A stretch of 64,000 nt of DNA from Bradymonadia bacterium (GCA_046290225.1 JBKAGE010000078.1:64001-128000); one strand, 5' to 3'. Counted from the stretch's first letter, positions 1 through 9,351 are shown. The notes: generated by a model not told the origin, from the letters alone. Program-made: numbers and translations.

Positions 1-24
1 TCCAAAAAAGATCACCGACCCCGC

Positions 25-768
25 TTAGGACCGCTTGGCGCCTTTGTTTACGGCTGCTCGCAGCATGCGCAGATCGTCTCGGCGAAGGTGACGCCACTTC
101 CCTGGCTTGAGCCCCTCGAGGTCGAGGTTCGCAAATCGGATGCGGCGCAGACGGATCACCGGGTGCCCCACGTGGGCCAGCATGCGCTTCACCATGTGGT
201 TGCGGCCCTCTGCCACCGTCAGCTCCACCCAGTTTGCGTCATCACCGGGGCGACTCGCCCGCTTCGCCTTCAGCGCAATCGCCGGGCCGTCTTCCAGCTC
301 GATGCCCGCCGTGAGCGCTTTGAGGGCTTCATCAGAGGGGTGTCCCTTCACCTTAGCCCGGTACACCTTCGGCACCTGTGTACGGGGGTGAGCCAGCTGG
401 GCAGCCAGACTGCCGTCATCGGTGAGCAGCAGCACACCCTCGGCGTCGTAGTCGAGACGGCCCACGGGGAACAGGCGGCGCCCAGTGCCCGTCACGAGAT
501 CGACCACCGTGCGGCGGCCCAGCTCGTCGGAGAGCGTCGTCACCACCCTGGTGGGCTTCCAGAGGAGCACGTACATGTTGGTCTTGTGCAAGCGCAGTGG
601 CCGGCCATCGACCAGGATCGTGTCCGTAGACGGATCCGCTTTGGCGCCGAGGGTGTCGACAGTCTCCCCATTCACCGTCACTCGGCCCGCGAGGATGTAG
701 GCCTCTGCCTTCCGGCGAGAGGTAATGCCCGCCTGGGCGATCAGTTTCTGTATGCGTTCAGCGGCCAT
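25..768 (-). CDS. rluB: rRNA pseudouridine synthase (RluB/RsuA family) with S4 domain
   Basis: N-terminal S4 (ERIQKLIAQAGITSRRKAE) and catalytic motif PVGRLDYDAEG; EGRNHMVKRM. Confidence 0.9.
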   Translation of the reverse strand: MAAERIQKLIAQAGITSRRKAEAYILAGRVTVNGETVDTLGAKADPSTDTILVDGRPLRLHKTNMYVLLWKPTRVVTTLSDELGRRTVVDLVTGTGRRLFPVGRLDYDAEGVLLLTDDGSLAAQLAHPRTQVPKVYRAKVKGHPSDEALKALTAGIELEDGPAIALKAKRASRPGDDANWVELTVAEGRNHMVKRMLAHVGHPVIRLRRIRFANLDLEGLKPGKWRHLRRDDLRMLRAAVNKGAKRS

Positions 769-1797
769 TTACAGCTCCACCGGCTCATTCATCACCACAT
801 CTTGACCGCCGGGCTTGATCCAGCGGCGCATGGCGGGCTTGTCGCTCAAGGGGCGTCCACGCTCGTCCACACGATCGAGACGCACCAGTACCCGACGCTC
901 CGAAGCAATGTCGATGAAACCTTCGAAGTTCACCGAGAAATGTCGATCGTGCCAGAGGAAGTCACCCTCGATGGCCAGCATCTGCTCGTAGTAGTCGTGC
1001 AGTGCCCGCAGCGCCCCTCGCAGTGCCCGGGCCGGACGCACCACCGAGAGCCCCAGGCGTTTCTCGCAGTCTCTGCGGGTCACGGGGAAGTTGTGGCTGA
1101 GCAGGCCGCCACACATGGCATCGAGAATCTGTTCGACCTGCTGGGCGTTGTCTGGTCCGCTCAGGTGGCTCTCGAGGCAGTGGCGGGCGATTTGGCGCTG
1201 AAGCCGGCGAGCCTTCTCCGTGGCACCCACCACCAGCGGATCGAGTCGATCCACCAACCCGGCGCCGAGCTCCCCGAGGGGGATGCCCTGCACATCGATG
1301 CCGCTGTCGAGGAACTCGATGAAGTGCCGGAAGTCGTCCGCGGTGACCGGGAGCTTCCTCTGACCTTCGAGATCAGCCAGACGAATCCGGACGGGCTCCG
1401 TAGGGGCGAGGCTGGCCATGGGGCCCATGACGAGGTGATCTGCGCCGAGGGCCACCTGACTCGCCGCGGTGCTCGCCGCAAAGGGAATGAGGGCGTCGTA
1501 CCCGTCGAAGAACTCTCTCAAGCTCGACACCAGACGCCAGGACTCCTCGCAGGCTGCGCCGAGGTGCTCGGCGAGCACGTCGATGGTGCCGTCGGCCTTC
1601 TCCGAGAGCGCATCCATCACATCGGTGAGGGGGTGCATCATCTCGGCGTTGAGGCGGGCCCCTCTCACGAGGACCACGGTCATGAGCGGGCGATCCCGCT
1701 CGGCCTCTACAGCCTCGATGAGGCTACGGTTCGCCGTGAGAGGCAGATGCCCCTCCAAGATCTCCGAGAGGCTGCGGCCTGCGACCTGATCTGCCAT
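769..1797 (-). CDS. ClpP/SppA-class (SDH proteinase-like) protein, catalytic motifs degenerate
   Basis: IPFAASTAASQVALGADHLVMGPMASLAPTEP and LSHNFPVT align to family motifs VP..AMSAGTLIAL.ADEIVMG..S.LGPIDP and H..PI; abuts the rluB start. Confidence 0.65.
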   Translation of the reverse strand: MADQVAGRSLSEILEGHLPLTANRSLIEAVEAERDRPLMTVVLVRGARLNAEMMHPLTDVMDALSEKADGTIDVLAEHLGAACEESWRLVSSLREFFDGYDALIPFAASTAASQVALGADHLVMGPMASLAPTEPVRIRLADLEGQRKLPVTADDFRHFIEFLDSGIDVQGIPLGELGAGLVDRLDPLVVGATEKARRLQRQIARHCLESHLSGPDNAQQVEQILDAMCGGLLSHNFPVTRRDCEKRLGLSVVRPARALRGALRALHDYYEQMLAIEGDFLWHDRHFSVNFEGFIDIASERRVLVRLDRVDERGRPLSDKPAMRRWIKPGGQDVVMNEPVEL

Positions 1798-1964
1798 GTA
1801 TCTCTCACCTGATCAGTGGGTAGAGGCAATCGCCGAGAGGGTCGTCGGCGAGGGTCCCAGGGTCTCTGAAGCGCCTCAGCCTGTCAATGTGACGGAGGTG
1901 AACAACTTGCCCCGCCTACCCCCCCGTGATAACTCGGAAACCACCCAGATCACCGAGGTTGAAC

Positions 1965-2327
1965 ATGGCTGACGTCTTCTCCGAGACCCTGCAGGACCTC
2001 ATGGCCCGCTGTCCGGGCATCTCCGGTGCCGCCTTCACCGACTTCGACGGTGAGGAGATCGCGCTCCAGCCGGCCCAACAACGTGAGCAGCTGCGGACCT
2101 CTGCTGTATACGGCGGCATCGCGCTGCGACGCATCAGCGACGCTGAAGAGAAAGCCGGTCGAAGCGCCCCGGCTTCCGTGATCATCAAGGGCGACGAGGG
2201 TGCCCTGGTGTCTCTGAAGGTGGCTGACGCCTACCAGCTGGTGCTCACCGTCAACAGCGCCACCCCCCCTGCCCTCGCCATCGACTCTGCCCGCTCTGCG
2301 GTTCAAATCATCGAAGAGAACATCTGA
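1965..2327 (+). CDS. Roadblock/LC7 domain protein (MglB/MglC-like)
   Basis: 120 aa; LMARCPGISGAAFTDFDGEEIA is a typical roadblock N-terminus; ATG at 1965 preceded by GAGG. Confidence 0.7.
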   Translation: MADVFSETLQDLMARCPGISGAAFTDFDGEEIALQPAQQREQLRTSAVYGGIALRRISDAEEKAGRSAPASVIIKGDEGALVSLKVADAYQLVLTVNSATPPALAIDSARSAVQIIEENI

Positions 2328-2498
2328 TTCCCCTCGGCTGATTCTCTTCGGCGCGCTCGCGTTGAACAGGCTGGCCTCGTCACCGTCCACGCCCAACGCC
2401 ATCTCGAAGTACGACGCTCCGACGCATCGACGAGGTGTGTAACACCTGGCCTCGAACCGTCGTAGTGACCGGCAAACGGAAACTCAAAGGAACGCCAC

Positions 2499-3233
2499 AT
2501 GAAGATGCTCGCCGCTCTCTTTGCTCTCCTGCTCCTCCCTGCCGCGGGTCACGCCCAGGATGTGGATCACAGCGCCTTCGACGCCCTGCTCAAGGCCAAC
2601 GTCAAAGGCAGCTCGGTGAAGTACTCCGGGTTCCAGAACAACGACAGCTTCAAGGCGTACTTGAAGACCATCCAGGAGACGGACCCGAAGGCGCTGCCCT
2701 CTCGCAACGCCCGCCTCGCCTTCTGGATCAACGCCTACAACGCCCTCACCATCAACTCGGTGCTGCAGCACATGCCCGGCATCAAGAGCGTGCAGGATCC
2801 CTACCCCGAATTCGGGTTCTTCAAGCGCAAGGACCACACCATCGGTGGCAAGAAGCTCTCTCTCAACGACATCGAGAACAACATCATCCGCCCGCGCTTC
2901 AAGGATGCGCGCATCCACGCCGCGCTGAACTGCGCCAGCGTCTCGTGCCCGCCTCTGGCCCCCTTCGCCTTCACGGCCAAGAAGCTCAACGGGCAGCTGC
3001 AGCGCCAGATGAAGAAGTTCATCAATGATAAGAGCCGCAACGCCATCGGCGCCGAGGTGAAGCTCTCTCAGATCTTCAACTGGTACGGAGACGACTTCAA
3101 GGCTGCCGGTGGGGTCGCAGCCTACATGGCGAAGTTCCTCGACGCTGATCAGGCCAAGGCCGTTGCCGACGCCGAGGCCGCAGGCAAGGTGCAGTTCCTC
3201 GAATACAACTGGGGCCTCAACGCCGCCCGCTGA
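2499..3233 (+). CDS. Secreted DUF547 domain protein
   Basis: Signal peptide (AGHA-QD); LAFWINAYNALT, LSLNDIEN, DARIHAALNCASVSCPPL, LSQIFNWYGDDF, YNWGLN. Confidence 0.9.
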   Translation: MKMLAALFALLLLPAAGHAQDVDHSAFDALLKANVKGSSVKYSGFQNNDSFKAYLKTIQETDPKALPSRNARLAFWINAYNALTINSVLQHMPGIKSVQDPYPEFGFFKRKDHTIGGKKLSLNDIENNIIRPRFKDARIHAALNCASVSCPPLAPFAFTAKKLNGQLQRQMKKFINDKSRNAIGAEVKLSQIFNWYGDDFKAAGGVAAYMAKFLDADQAKAVADAEAAGKVQFLEYNWGLNAAR

Positions 3234-3302
3234 GCCTCTACACCCGGCACATCGTGCTGTGGTGAGTCGAGCAACGGACCGTAGCCCCGCGCCCCATCTC
3301 TC

Positions 3303-4586
3303 TCAGGCCGCTGCGCCCGCAGCACGGGCCTTCAGGGAAATCACCCCCTTCAGCCGCTGGTCGATCTCCATCATCGAGGCGTTCTCGTCTGGACTCATCT
3401 TGGGCCGGTTCGAGTTGCCGATGACCACGCGCTCAGGCACAGAGGCACCAATGGCCGTGCTCGCAGCAACGAGGGCTGCGTGCAATGCCTGGCCCCGAGA
3501 GACGAGCGCCTCAAAAGCGGGCATCTCTTCTTTGGAGTGCTCGGCCCGAGCCGACTCAAGGGCGCCGTCGAGGTGTTCGAGCACGTAGGCGCTCAAGGCG
3601 TCGTAGATCGGCCGCTTCTCTTCACCCTTGAAGTCACGCTCGGTGCCTGGGAGCACGCATGAACCCTCGAGGGTCTCTCCCGGGCGCATATCGCGGGTCA
3701 TCACGAAGGCTCGAGCCACGTGATAGAACGGCTTCATCAGGCCTTTTCGATCGACGTAGCGCGGTGGCTCGCCTTCGAACTCGGGGGCCCCAGCCTCGTC
3801 AGAGACCTCTTCGGCGGCCGGTGCTTCTGGCGCTTCAGATGGTGCAGGCTCCGGGGCTGCCTGGGGCTTGTTCTGGGACTCGCTCTGGGGCGTCTCGTCA
3901 GGGGCCGAGGGAGGCTCTGCCGCTGCCGTAGGTGGTGACGGGGCTTCAGGTGCAGCAGGCGCCTCAGCAGGTGCTGAAGGCGCCTTGAGGTCATCTGCAG
4001 CCACCGCACCGCCAGTCGGACCTGGCGTGACGACGTTCAACTCCATCACCGTCTCAGCAATGGAATCGGAGCCCTCTGCAGGCTTCGCCGGAGCGCTGGG
4101 CGCGCCGACCTCTGCGCCGAAGCTCTTCGCAGCGAGCTCGGCCGTGGCGCCGAGGGACTGCCCCGCCCACGCCCCTGAAGATGCAGCACGCTGTTGCGCA
4201 GGGAATCGGCTCACGAGCTGCGGCGAGTCACCGGCGCGGAACCACTTGCCATAGGCAGGATGGAAGATGAGATCGTCGGGGTTGATGTTGCCGGCGCTGG
4301 CCCACTTGAGCACAGTCTCCAGGCTGTCGGCGGGGTAGTTCTTGTCCCCTTTTCGCAGCCAGAACTGCTGGGTGGCAGAAGACGCCACGGGTTGTGGCTG
4401 CTCCACCCGGGGCAGCACATCGCGCAGGCCCCGCAAATCGTGGGCCCTGTACCAGCTCTGGTACACAGGCGAATACACCATATCCGTGGGCAACACCCGC
4501 CCATCTTGAGCCCATCGACGGAGGGTCTCGAGATCGGGGGCCTGATAGTCCCGGCCGTCGCGGCGAAGAATGTAGACCTGAGCCAT
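3303..4586 (-). CDS. Protein with two tandem GYF_2 (DUF4339)-like domains, a Pro/Ala/Glu linker and a helical C-terminal domain
   Basis: Two repeats: YILRRDGRDY..DLETLRRWAQDGRVLPTDMVY..W and WLRKGDKNY..SLETVLKWASAGNINPDDLIF..W; start moved to ATG 4586 to avoid overlap with the CoA transferase. Confidence 0.7.
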   Translation of the reverse strand: MAQVYILRRDGRDYQAPDLETLRRWAQDGRVLPTDMVYSPVYQSWYRAHDLRGLRDVLPRVEQPQPVASSATQQFWLRKGDKNYPADSLETVLKWASAGNINPDDLIFHPAYGKWFRAGDSPQLVSRFPAQQRAASSGAWAGQSLGATAELAAKSFGAEVGAPSAPAKPAEGSDSIAETVMELNVVTPGPTGGAVAADDLKAPSAPAEAPAAPEAPSPPTAAAEPPSAPDETPQSESQNKPQAAPEPAPSEAPEAPAAEEVSDEAGAPEFEGEPPRYVDRKGLMKPFYHVARAFVMTRDMRPGETLEGSCVLPGTERDFKGEEKRPIYDALSAYVLEHLDGALESARAEHSKEEMPAFEALVSRGQALHAALVAASTAIGASVPERVVIGNSNRPKMSPDENASMMEIDQRLKGVISLKARAAGAAA

Positions 4587-4691
4587 GGGGTCCCTTTTAC
4601 GTGACGGCTTCGAATCTATCACAGGGTGGTTTCGGCGCAAGCGAATGCCCTCCATCTTGCTCTGGCCAGGGTGGGCACCTAAGCTGCGGCC

Positions 4692-5318
4692 ATGGCACGT
4701 ACACGCGACGAAATGGCGGCGCTCGCCGCTCAGGAGATCGAGGGGGGCTTCGCGGTCAACCTCGGCATCGGCATCCCCACTCTGGTAGCGAACCACATCC
4801 CCGAGGATCTGCAGGTCTGGCTGCACAGCGAGAACGGTCTTCTGGGTATGGGCCCGTTCCCCTATGAGGGAGACGAAGATCCGCAGATCATCAACGCAGG
4901 CAAGCAGACGGTGACCGCGCAGCCTGGAGGCAGCTTCTTCGACAGCGCCACCAGCTTCGCCATGATCCGCGGCGGTCACGTCGACCTGGCCATCCTCGGG
5001 GGCATGCAGGTGGACGCCACTGGGGCACTGGCCAACTGGATGGTGCCCGGCAAGCGCGTCACCGGCATGGGAGGCGCCATGGATCTGGTCTCAGGGGCCA
5101 AGCGCGTGGTGGTCCTGATGACCCACTGCGCCAAAGATGGCTCGGCGAAGCTGCTCGATCGATGCACCCTCCCCCTCACGGGTGAAGCCTGCGTCGACCG
5201 CGTGATCACTGATTTGGCGACGTTGGATGTGACCCCCGAGGGGTTCAAACTGGTCTCTGTCGCTGAGGGACACACCGCAGAAGAGGTGCGAGAGAAGACT
5301 GGGGCCATGGTGGCCTGA
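4692..5318 (+). CDS. scoB: 3-oxoacid CoA-transferase subunit B
   Basis: [13 protein letters not shown], catalytic [29 protein letters not shown]. Confidence 0.9.
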   Translation: MARTRDEMAALAAQEIEGGFAVNLGIGIPTLVANHIPEDLQVWLHSENGLLGMGPFPYEGDEDPQIINAGKQTVTAQPGGSFFDSATSFAMIRGGHVDLAILGGMQVDATGALANWMVPGKRVTGMGGAMDLVSGAKRVVVLMTHCAKDGSAKLLDRCTLPLTGEACVDRVITDLATLDVTPEGFKLVSVAEGHTAEEVREKTGAMVA

Positions 5319-5376
5319 GCTAGGCCGGTACTTCGGCTCTGTCAGTTAAGAGGTCTGCCGTTCTGTTAGGAGGCCT

Positions 5377-6261
5377 CTAGAGCTGCCTCACTCGATCCAG
5401 AGTGACTTCCACCAGGGCCTGCTCCCGCTCGGAGAGCCCTCCTGAGCGGGCCAGCTGGGCCAGCTCCATGAGCACCTGGCCCTTCCGGCCATGTCGGGCA
5501 TCGAGCTCCGCAGCCATCAACTTCACCACGAAGACTTTCGAGTGTCGTTTCTGTGCTTCGGCGAGCACCGCTCTGGCCCCCTCAAGATCTCCGGCGGCGA
5601 ACCGGACCTCGGCGTCGAGCAGATCGGGCATGGCCTTCCTGATCTCGAGGTCCTCTCGGGTGAGCTTGAAGCTGATCAGAATGCCCAGGCCATCGGTGAC
5701 CTGCCCCTCCGCAGTCCGCCGTGGGATGAGGTTGTTGATGGCGCCGACGAGCGCTGCCGCAGCGACGCTCTGGATCGCGATGACGGACAACGCCGTCGAC
5801 GCAGAGGTCATCGTAGTCCACCCGAAAATGAGCAACAGCAAAGCCACGACAGCAAGTTCGGCCCCTGGGCCCGCAGCGAAGATGAGCGCGTTGGCGAGTC
5901 GAGGGCGATCCGTACGCTCTGGTACAGGCAGTACGTAGCCGCCGATGGGGATCATCCGCAGCTCTACGGGCACACCGTCCACCGAGAAGCCCTTCCAGAG
6001 TGGTCCGAAGCCGATGACCACACGCTCGACACGCCAACCCATGAGTCGCGCCATGATCGCATGACCCGCTTCGTGGATCGCCGTGAGCACCACGTAGGCG
6101 GCGAGGAAGAACACCACTGCGATCTTGACGGGGGTGAAGTCACGCACCACCTCGGCGCCAAGCAGGCCGACGAGGAGAGCCATGAACCAGATGACGAACC
6201 GGCGCTCCTGAGGGGTCAGAGGCCGCTCTTCGTTGCCCGGGGGACGGTGGGGATCAAACAC
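5377..6261 (-). CDS. M50 family (site-2 protease-like) membrane metallopeptidase with TPR-like C-terminus
   Basis: HEAGH zinc motif in TM segment; IGFG, IPIGGYV, AAGP, NNLIP...TDG. Confidence 0.85.
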   Translation of the reverse strand: MFDPHRPPGNEERPLTPQERRFVIWFMALLVGLLGAEVVRDFTPVKIAVVFFLAAYVVLTAIHEAGHAIMARLMGWRVERVVIGFGPLWKGFSVDGVPVELRMIPIGGYVLPVPERTDRPRLANALIFAAGPGAELAVVALLLLIFGWTTMTSASTALSVIAIQSVAAAALVGAINNLIPRRTAEGQVTDGLGILISFKLTREDLEIRKAMPDLLDAEVRFAAGDLEGARAVLAEAQKRHSKVFVVKLMAAELDARHGRKGQVLMELAQLARSGGLSEREQALVEVTLDRVRQL

Positions 6262-6285
6262 AGGGTGAGGCAGGGAGTGGTGGGA

Positions 6286-6993
6286 TCAGTCGTCGCCAGC
6301 GAAAGACATCACCAGCTGCAGGATGTACCAGAACAGGGTGGCGAAGGAGGCGAAGAGCGCCAGCGCCGCCGCCACGTGAGCGCCCACGGGGTAGTGATGC
6401 ACCACGTTGGAGGTCTGGTAGAGGATCCAGCCGGACATCAGCAGCACCATGGCCAGGGAGAAGAAGCTCCCGAGGGTGATGCCGAAGAGGATGGCCACCA
6501 GGATGAAGCCCATGGCGGCAAAGGTGCCGATCATGAGGAACCGCTGCAAGAAGGAGAAATCCTTCTTGGTGAACAACACGGTCAAGGTCAGACCACCAAA
6601 GACCGCCCCCGTGAGAATGCCCGCCGTGGGGATCACGCTGGGGTCCGAGTAGTAGGCGGCGATGAACATCAGCGGCACGAAAATGATGGCTTCAGCCACC
6701 ACATAGAGGGCCAGACCAGCGTACTGCATGCCGAGAGAGCTGCTGTTCATGGCCCAGCGCTCGGCGATGGTGCCCACCACCATGAAGGCGCCGAGCACGA
6801 TGAGCCACATGAATCGGCTGCCGGAGAGCATGTCGAGCATGGCCGGCGCGATCGGGCTCTGAATCAGCGCGGCGGTGAGCAACACGAAGGCGATCACCGC
6901 CCCGCCGAGGTGCAGATAGGTCTTGCGGATGAAGTCCGCACGGGCGTCGACAGATTGTCGACTGCTCTCAACCTGGTGAGAAAGATAGGACAT
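6286..6993 (-). CDS. Bax inhibitor-1/YccA family membrane protein
   Basis: FIRKTYLHL, about 7 TM segments, TKKDFSFL, ILYQTSNV, LFASFATLFWYIL. Confidence 0.9.
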   Translation of the reverse strand: MSYLSHQVESSRQSVDARADFIRKTYLHLGGAVIAFVLLTAALIQSPIAPAMLDMLSGSRFMWLIVLGAFMVVGTIAERWAMNSSSLGMQYAGLALYVVAEAIIFVPLMFIAAYYSDPSVIPTAGILTGAVFGGLTLTVLFTKKDFSFLQRFLMIGTFAAMGFILVAILFGITLGSFFSLAMVLLMSGWILYQTSNVVHHYPVGAHVAAALALFASFATLFWYILQLVMSFAGDD

Positions 6994-7076
6994 GGTGCCT
7001 CCTCATCGCGTTAAGCCGTTGGGTACAGGCTCAAGTTAAACACCGGGCAGGGTTTGTCCATTCCGGCCCCCAATTT

Positions 7077-7235
7077 GAGGTCCTAACATAACTGCTCCCG
7101 TCGCCAGTGAGGTGATGCACTTCGCGATGCAGCCGAAAGCGTCCTCGACGGGCCTTTGGGCCCGCCTGCGGGTCTTTCAACAGCCTCACTCGCGCCTCAC
7201 CTCCCTGACTCGGTCCGCCGTTGTGTTAGGACCTC
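7077..7235. repeat. ~160-bp palindromic (MITE-like) intergenic element
   Basis: Terminal inverted repeat GAGGTCCTAACATAAC (7077-7092) / GTTGTGTTAGGACCTC (7220-7235), 15/16; inner IR 7105-7115 / 7197-7207. Confidence 0.65.
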
Positions 7236-7273
7236 TAAGATTCTTATTGGTGTGATGCCAGGGTGACCAGTTG

Positions 7274-7999
7274 TCAAGTTGCGGCCTCTGGCCTGGGCCG
7301 AGTGGTGCGGTACTCAATCGGATCCACATAGTTCGACCCCTGGAAGATGCGCTGCACGAAGATGCCCGGCAAGTGCACGTCATCAGGGCCGAGATCACCG
7401 AGGCCCACCATCTCCTCCACCTCCACCACGGTGACCGCGCTGGCCATGGCCACCAAGGGGCTGAAGTTGCGCGAGGTGCCGTAGAACCGCAGGTTGCCGT
7501 AAGGGTCTCCCACCCGCGCCCTCAAGATGCCGAAGTCAGCTTTGAGCGGCAGCTCGAAGACATAACGGCGGCCATCGAGCTCCCGAACCTCTTTGCCCTC
7601 GGCGATGACCGTGCCCACCCCAGTGGGGGTATAGAAGCCGCCGATGCCCGCGCCTCCTGCCCGCATGCGCTCCGCGAGGGTGCCCTGAGGGTTGAGTTCG
7701 ACCTCGACCTCTTTGGAGAGCATCTGCGCCTCGAGATCAGGGTTCCCGCCCACGAAGCTGGCGATCACCTTCTTGATTTGGCGCTGCTGCAACAACACGG
7801 CGAGGCCTTTGCCCTGGTTGCCGCAGTTGTTGCTGATGATGGTGAAGTCTTTCTTGCCGCAACCGGCGAGGGCCCGGATGCAGTGCTCGGCGTTGCCGCT
7901 GAGACCGAAACCGCCAGCCATGATGCGGGCACCATCGAAGACGTCGTGCAGCGCCTCTTCGGCGGAGGTGAAGATCTTGCTCTTGCTCGAGGCGGTCAT
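7274..7999 (-). CDS. scoA: 3-oxoacid CoA-transferase subunit A
   Basis: GGFGLSG, ISNNCG, PQGTLAERMRAGGAGIGGFYTPTGVGT, GNL..RNF; ATG 7999 overlaps the upstream stop (ATGA). Confidence 0.9.
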   Translation of the reverse strand: MTASSKSKIFTSAEEALHDVFDGARIMAGGFGLSGNAEHCIRALAGCGKKDFTIISNNCGNQGKGLAVLLQQRQIKKVIASFVGGNPDLEAQMLSKEVEVELNPQGTLAERMRAGGAGIGGFYTPTGVGTVIAEGKEVRELDGRRYVFELPLKADFGILRARVGDPYGNLRFYGTSRNFSPLVAMASAVTVVEVEEMVGLGDLGPDDVHLPGIFVQRIFQGSNYVDPIEYRTTRPRPEAAT

Positions 8000-9351
8000 G
8001 AAGCCTTCTCTGGAGGTTGATGATGGAACACTTCGCCGAGGGCCTCGTCGACAGCGGCGAGGCCCTCTCGCAGGGTCTCGGCGTCGATGCACAGCGGCGG
8101 CGCGATGAAGATGTAGCTCCACTTGTAGGGGATGTGCAGCCCCCGGCGCCGGAGGGCCTCGCCAAGCTGGGCTGCTTGCCCCTGGTGGCTCTGCGCATAC
8201 GCCGTGAGCGGCGCTCGGCTGTCTCGATCGCGGACCAGCTCGATGGCGCCCCACAAGCCCTTGTTCCGGACATCGCCGATGACCGGGTGCCGATCTGCGA
8301 GCTGCTGCAACTCCTCGGCGAGCACATCACCAAGGGCCGCAGCGTGATCGATGAGCCCTTCGCTCTGATAGGCCTCGATGGCGGCTACAGCGGCGGCACA
8401 GCTGAGCGGGTGCGCGTAGTTGGTGAGGCCACACCACAGCGTCTCATCTTCGAAATGCGCGGCGAGCTCCGGACGCATGGCCACGGCCCCCATGGGGGCG
8501 TAACCACCGGTGATGCCTTTGGCCATGGTGATCATGTCGGGCACCACCCCGTAGTGATCGACGGCGAACCACTGCCCTGTACGACCAAAACCAGAGAGCA
8601 CCTCGTCAGCGACGAGCAGGATCCCGTGGGCGTCGCAGATCTCCCGGACACGGGGCCAGTAGTCGTCGGGGGGGATGAACCCGCCGACGGCGCCGGTGAT
8701 GCCCTCCATGAAGACCGCAGCGATGGTGTGGGGGCCTTCCATTTGAATGACGTGCTCGAGGTGCTCGGCACACCGCACACCACAGCTCGGGTAGCTCTGC
8801 CCGAAGGGGCACCGATAGCAGTACGGATCTTCGACACGGGCCACCCCCGTGAGGCCTGGCTCCACGGGCCAACGTCGAGGATCTCCGGTGATCGAAGCCG
8901 CCCCCATGGAGGCGCCGTGATAGCTCTGCCGCCGGGCGATCACCTTGTGGCGCCCAGTGACCATGCGGGCGATCTTGTAGGCGTTCTCCACTGCCTCGGC
9001 CCCAGAGAGGCACAGGAAGAAGTGGTTCAGATCGCCCGGGGTGATGGCTGCGAGGGCCTCGCCCACAGCAGCCTTGGCCTCAAAGACCGCCGCCGGGTGG
9101 GCACAGCCCAGGATCTCGGCCTGCTTCTGGATCGCCTCGATGACACCGCGGTGGTTGTGACCGAGGTTGCAGTTGAACACCTGGCTCTCGAAGTCGAGCC
9201 ATCGGCCGCCGTCGTGATCGTAGAACACCGCGCCGTCGCCATGGGCGATCTTCACTGGTCGAGCCCTGGCCTGGGCAGCCCACGTGTAGAGCACATGGGC
9301 CCGCTGTCGGGCCTCGAGCTGCGCAGCGTCAGGGTTGTTCGAGCCGCTCAC
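7996..9351 (-). CDS. Class-III (omega-amino acid) aminotransferase
   Basis: SGAEAVENA, SYHG, ADEVLSGFGRTG, PDMITMAKG (PLP Lys), APPL; GTG 9351 overlaps the upstream stop. Confidence 0.9.
   Translation of the reverse strand: MSGSNNPDAAQLEARQRAHVLYTWAAQARARPVKIAHGDGAVFYDHDGGRWLDFESQVFNCNLGHNHRGVIEAIQKQAEILGCAHPAAVFEAKAAVGEALAAITPGDLNHFFLCLSGAEAVENAYKIARMVTGRHKVIARRQSYHGASMGAASITGDPRRWPVEPGLTGVARVEDPYCYRCPFGQSYPSCGVRCAEHLEHVIQMEGPHTIAAVFMEGITGAVGGFIPPDDYWPRVREICDAHGILLVADEVLSGFGRTGQWFAVDHYGVVPDMITMAKGITGGYAPMGAVAMRPELAAHFEDETLWCGLTNYAHPLSCAAAVAAIEAYQSEGLIDHAAALGDVLAEELQQLADRHPVIGDVRNKGLWGAIELVRDRDSRAPLTAYAQSHQGQAAQLGEALRRRGLHIPYKWSYIFIAPPLCIDAETLREGLAAVDEALGEVFHHQPPEKAS

Noticed and set aside
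88..1812. Long antisense ORFs (for example 88-1812 +, 5491-7014 +, 19328-21193 -, 42199-43845 +, 46576-48309 +, 51821-53317 +, 54112-55671 +)
   Set aside because: Each lies opposite a gene with clear family motifs; they are shadow frames expected from high-GC codon bias and show no motifs of their own
4587..4979. N-terminal extension of the 558-aa ORF
   Set aside because: It is mostly the antisense of scoB; the credible start is ATG 4586
7081..7231. Integron attC site (TCCTAAC...GTTAGGA)
   Set aside because: The ends deviate from RYYYAAC/GTTRRRY, the site is long, and there is no integrase or cassette array in the window; kept as MITE-like instead
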